Made by a program: the position numbers and the translations under genes. The notes beneath the pieces are model-generated. The model saw only the letters and a list, made by a program, of their open reading frames with translations, was not told the DNA's origin and searched no databases. DNA of 64,000 bases from Felis catus (lineage: Eukaryota). Positions 62,235 through 64,000 of this stretch are shown here, one piece after another; the first letter of the stretch is position 1; each line of letters begins with the position of its first letter. Location: positions 136,402,001-136,466,000 of the forward strand of contig NC_058368.1 of the NCBI RefSeq assembly GCF_018350175.1. The letters run 5' to 3'.

Positions 62235-63634
62235 ATCTGCATGCATGTGTGCACACACATGCATATAGGGTGATGGAATACTTGGAAGAATGAGTGCATG
62301 AAGTGCTATTTATCTGCACAGAGGAATATCCAGGGAAGTGAACCTTGTCCTGTTTCCCAATTCCTATCATATTCTCTTTCCTCTCTCTGAAGTTCATGAA
62401 CAAATCATCTACTGAAAGTTCAGGAAACATTGACTTAGGTCATGGACTGTTATTCCCAATCTTTGTGACCTTTAAAATGGAGGACAGGTCCCTGCTGGGT
62501 GCTTAGGCTGTTTGGAGAATGAGTTCAGTCATTATAATTATTTTACCAGATGGGAAGAACTCTCAGCCTCTCTCAGGGTCTAAAGACTGTTGATCTCAGA
62601 ATTTTTTTTTTCCATTGTAGGTTATCTCTGGTCAGCCTTGCTCTGCTCCCTCAGCTGTCTGCTTCCCTACAGAATGGACTGGCAGTGGGAGTTTGCTAGG
62701 AAAGGGATCAGAAGTGCAGGGTGAGTGTGACTGGAGATGCATGGTTCTATATAGGCATGGGGTGACATTCAGAGCTAGAGAAAGATGACTTTTGAATGAC
62801 CTCTTAAATTTTATCTTCTCTCTTTTGCTTGTTAGTAAAGAATAGAAATTAATATTACAATCTCCCTATATAAATTTGAGAGGATATTGGAGTAAGGATA
62901 GCTGGAGAAGGTGGGGTTAATTTTTGGTTTTCATTTTAGAACTTGAAGGTGAGAGAGAGGGAGGAGAGAGAGAGAGTGAGAGAGAGGGACCTCATATCAT
63001 CACACTCCTTCTAGAAGTGAGGTGGGCAGCTCCAAACCTGTGAGGGTGCCCTGCCTCCCTGGCTGAGAATCTCTGGGCAGGCTCTGGGCTGCCGAGTGTC
63101 CTACTATTCTGGCTCTATGGGAGAGAGCATTGACAACGGAGCTGGGAACTCCTTATCAGCTGGGCTTCCCAGGTGATGCTTGGCAGCTCGCTTGGGTCAT
63201 TTGCATTTTCACAGCCAAAGGGCTGCTCACAAGATGTTTTCTGCAGATATTTAAGTTGCTGGATTCCAAAACATCCCCAGGGCACTCCTGGTTCTCTTCT
63301 GCCATATGGTCACTGCAGCCAACTTTACATTTCTTAATTATGAAGAGGGCATTTTTGGGGCTTTGATGCCTCTGGGAGTTATAGTAGTAACATTAACAGG
63401 GCGAGTTCTTTCCCTCCCTCCTTCTTTTCCTCCCTCCCTCCCTTTCTGCCTGCCTCTTTCCATTCATTCTGTTCTCCTCCTTTCAAGCTTTTGAGATATA
63501 TTAATTCCTGAAGGTAAAACAGAGCTCAGTGGCCTGGACCAGGATTTGCCATCCTGCTTCTAGATGCAGAAGAAGGTGTTCTGGAAGGACAAGTTTTCCA
63601 TGTTAAAGTAATGTAGTTGTCAGGGGATAGCCTA

Positions 63635-64000
63635 TGTGTTAGTTTTCTATTGCTATATAACAAATTACCACAAATTTAATGGTTTAAAACAATACCTGTT
63701 TACAGGTCACAAGTCTGGGTATAGGATCGTTCAGTGGGTCATCTGCTTATATTCTCACAGGTACTGGTAGGGCTGTGTTCCTTTCTGGAAGCTCTGGGAA
63801 TGAATCTGTTTCCAAGCTCATTTGAGTTGTTGGCTGAATTTGGTTATTCACGGTTGTTGGACTAAGGTTTGTTTCCTTGGTGGCTGTCAACCAGGGCCTG
63901 GTCTTTTGCACCTAAAGACTGCCCATTTTCCATTCCAGGCTTTCTATGTGGTCCCCTCTAATGCTTCAGATCTGTCTGATTTTCCTTTTTGCAGCATCGC
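63635..64000 (-). mobile_element. MaLR LTR (MLT1D/E-like), runs off the window end
   Basis: TGTGTTAGTTTTCTATTGCTATATAACAAATTACCACAAA..TTTCTGGAAGCTCTGGG..TTCCAAGCTCATT. Confidence 0.85.

Overview
This is mammalian genomic DNA from a cat-family species (Felidae): about 31 tRNA-derived CanSINEs of the feline type, including 7 near-identical young copies, plus felid/carnivore L1 3' ends. I can support no host protein-coding exon, RNA gene or CRISPR-like structure. The ORF track is almost entirely repeat-derived or chance ORFs. The only recognisable protein remnants are L1 ORF2 (4996-6093, 23795-24220, 56.3-57.2 kb), a decayed ERVL reverse transcriptase/RNase H (37.8-39.4 kb) and a Tigger transposase N-terminus (about 60.05-60.18 kb). 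The window is a layered transposon landscape: old L2/MIR/L1M, MaLR/ERVL/ERV1 LTRs and hAT/Tigger DNA transposons, with young SINE/L1 insertions carrying target-site duplications (TSDs). Unique segments between them contain candidate CTCF, RFX, MEF2 and AP-1 motifs. A strong minus-strand bias of LTR elements suggests a large intron of a + strand transcription unit. I found no convincing previously undescribed biological system. The most notable items are a ~70-bp L1 insertion, a TSD-less SINE in a tight inverted pair, serial SINE re-targeting, a ~53-bp-stem microsatellite hairpin, an internally deleted ERVL fossil and three co-oriented CTCF-like sites. Repeat family names come from recalled consensus sequences, not a database search, and boundaries of old elements are approximate.
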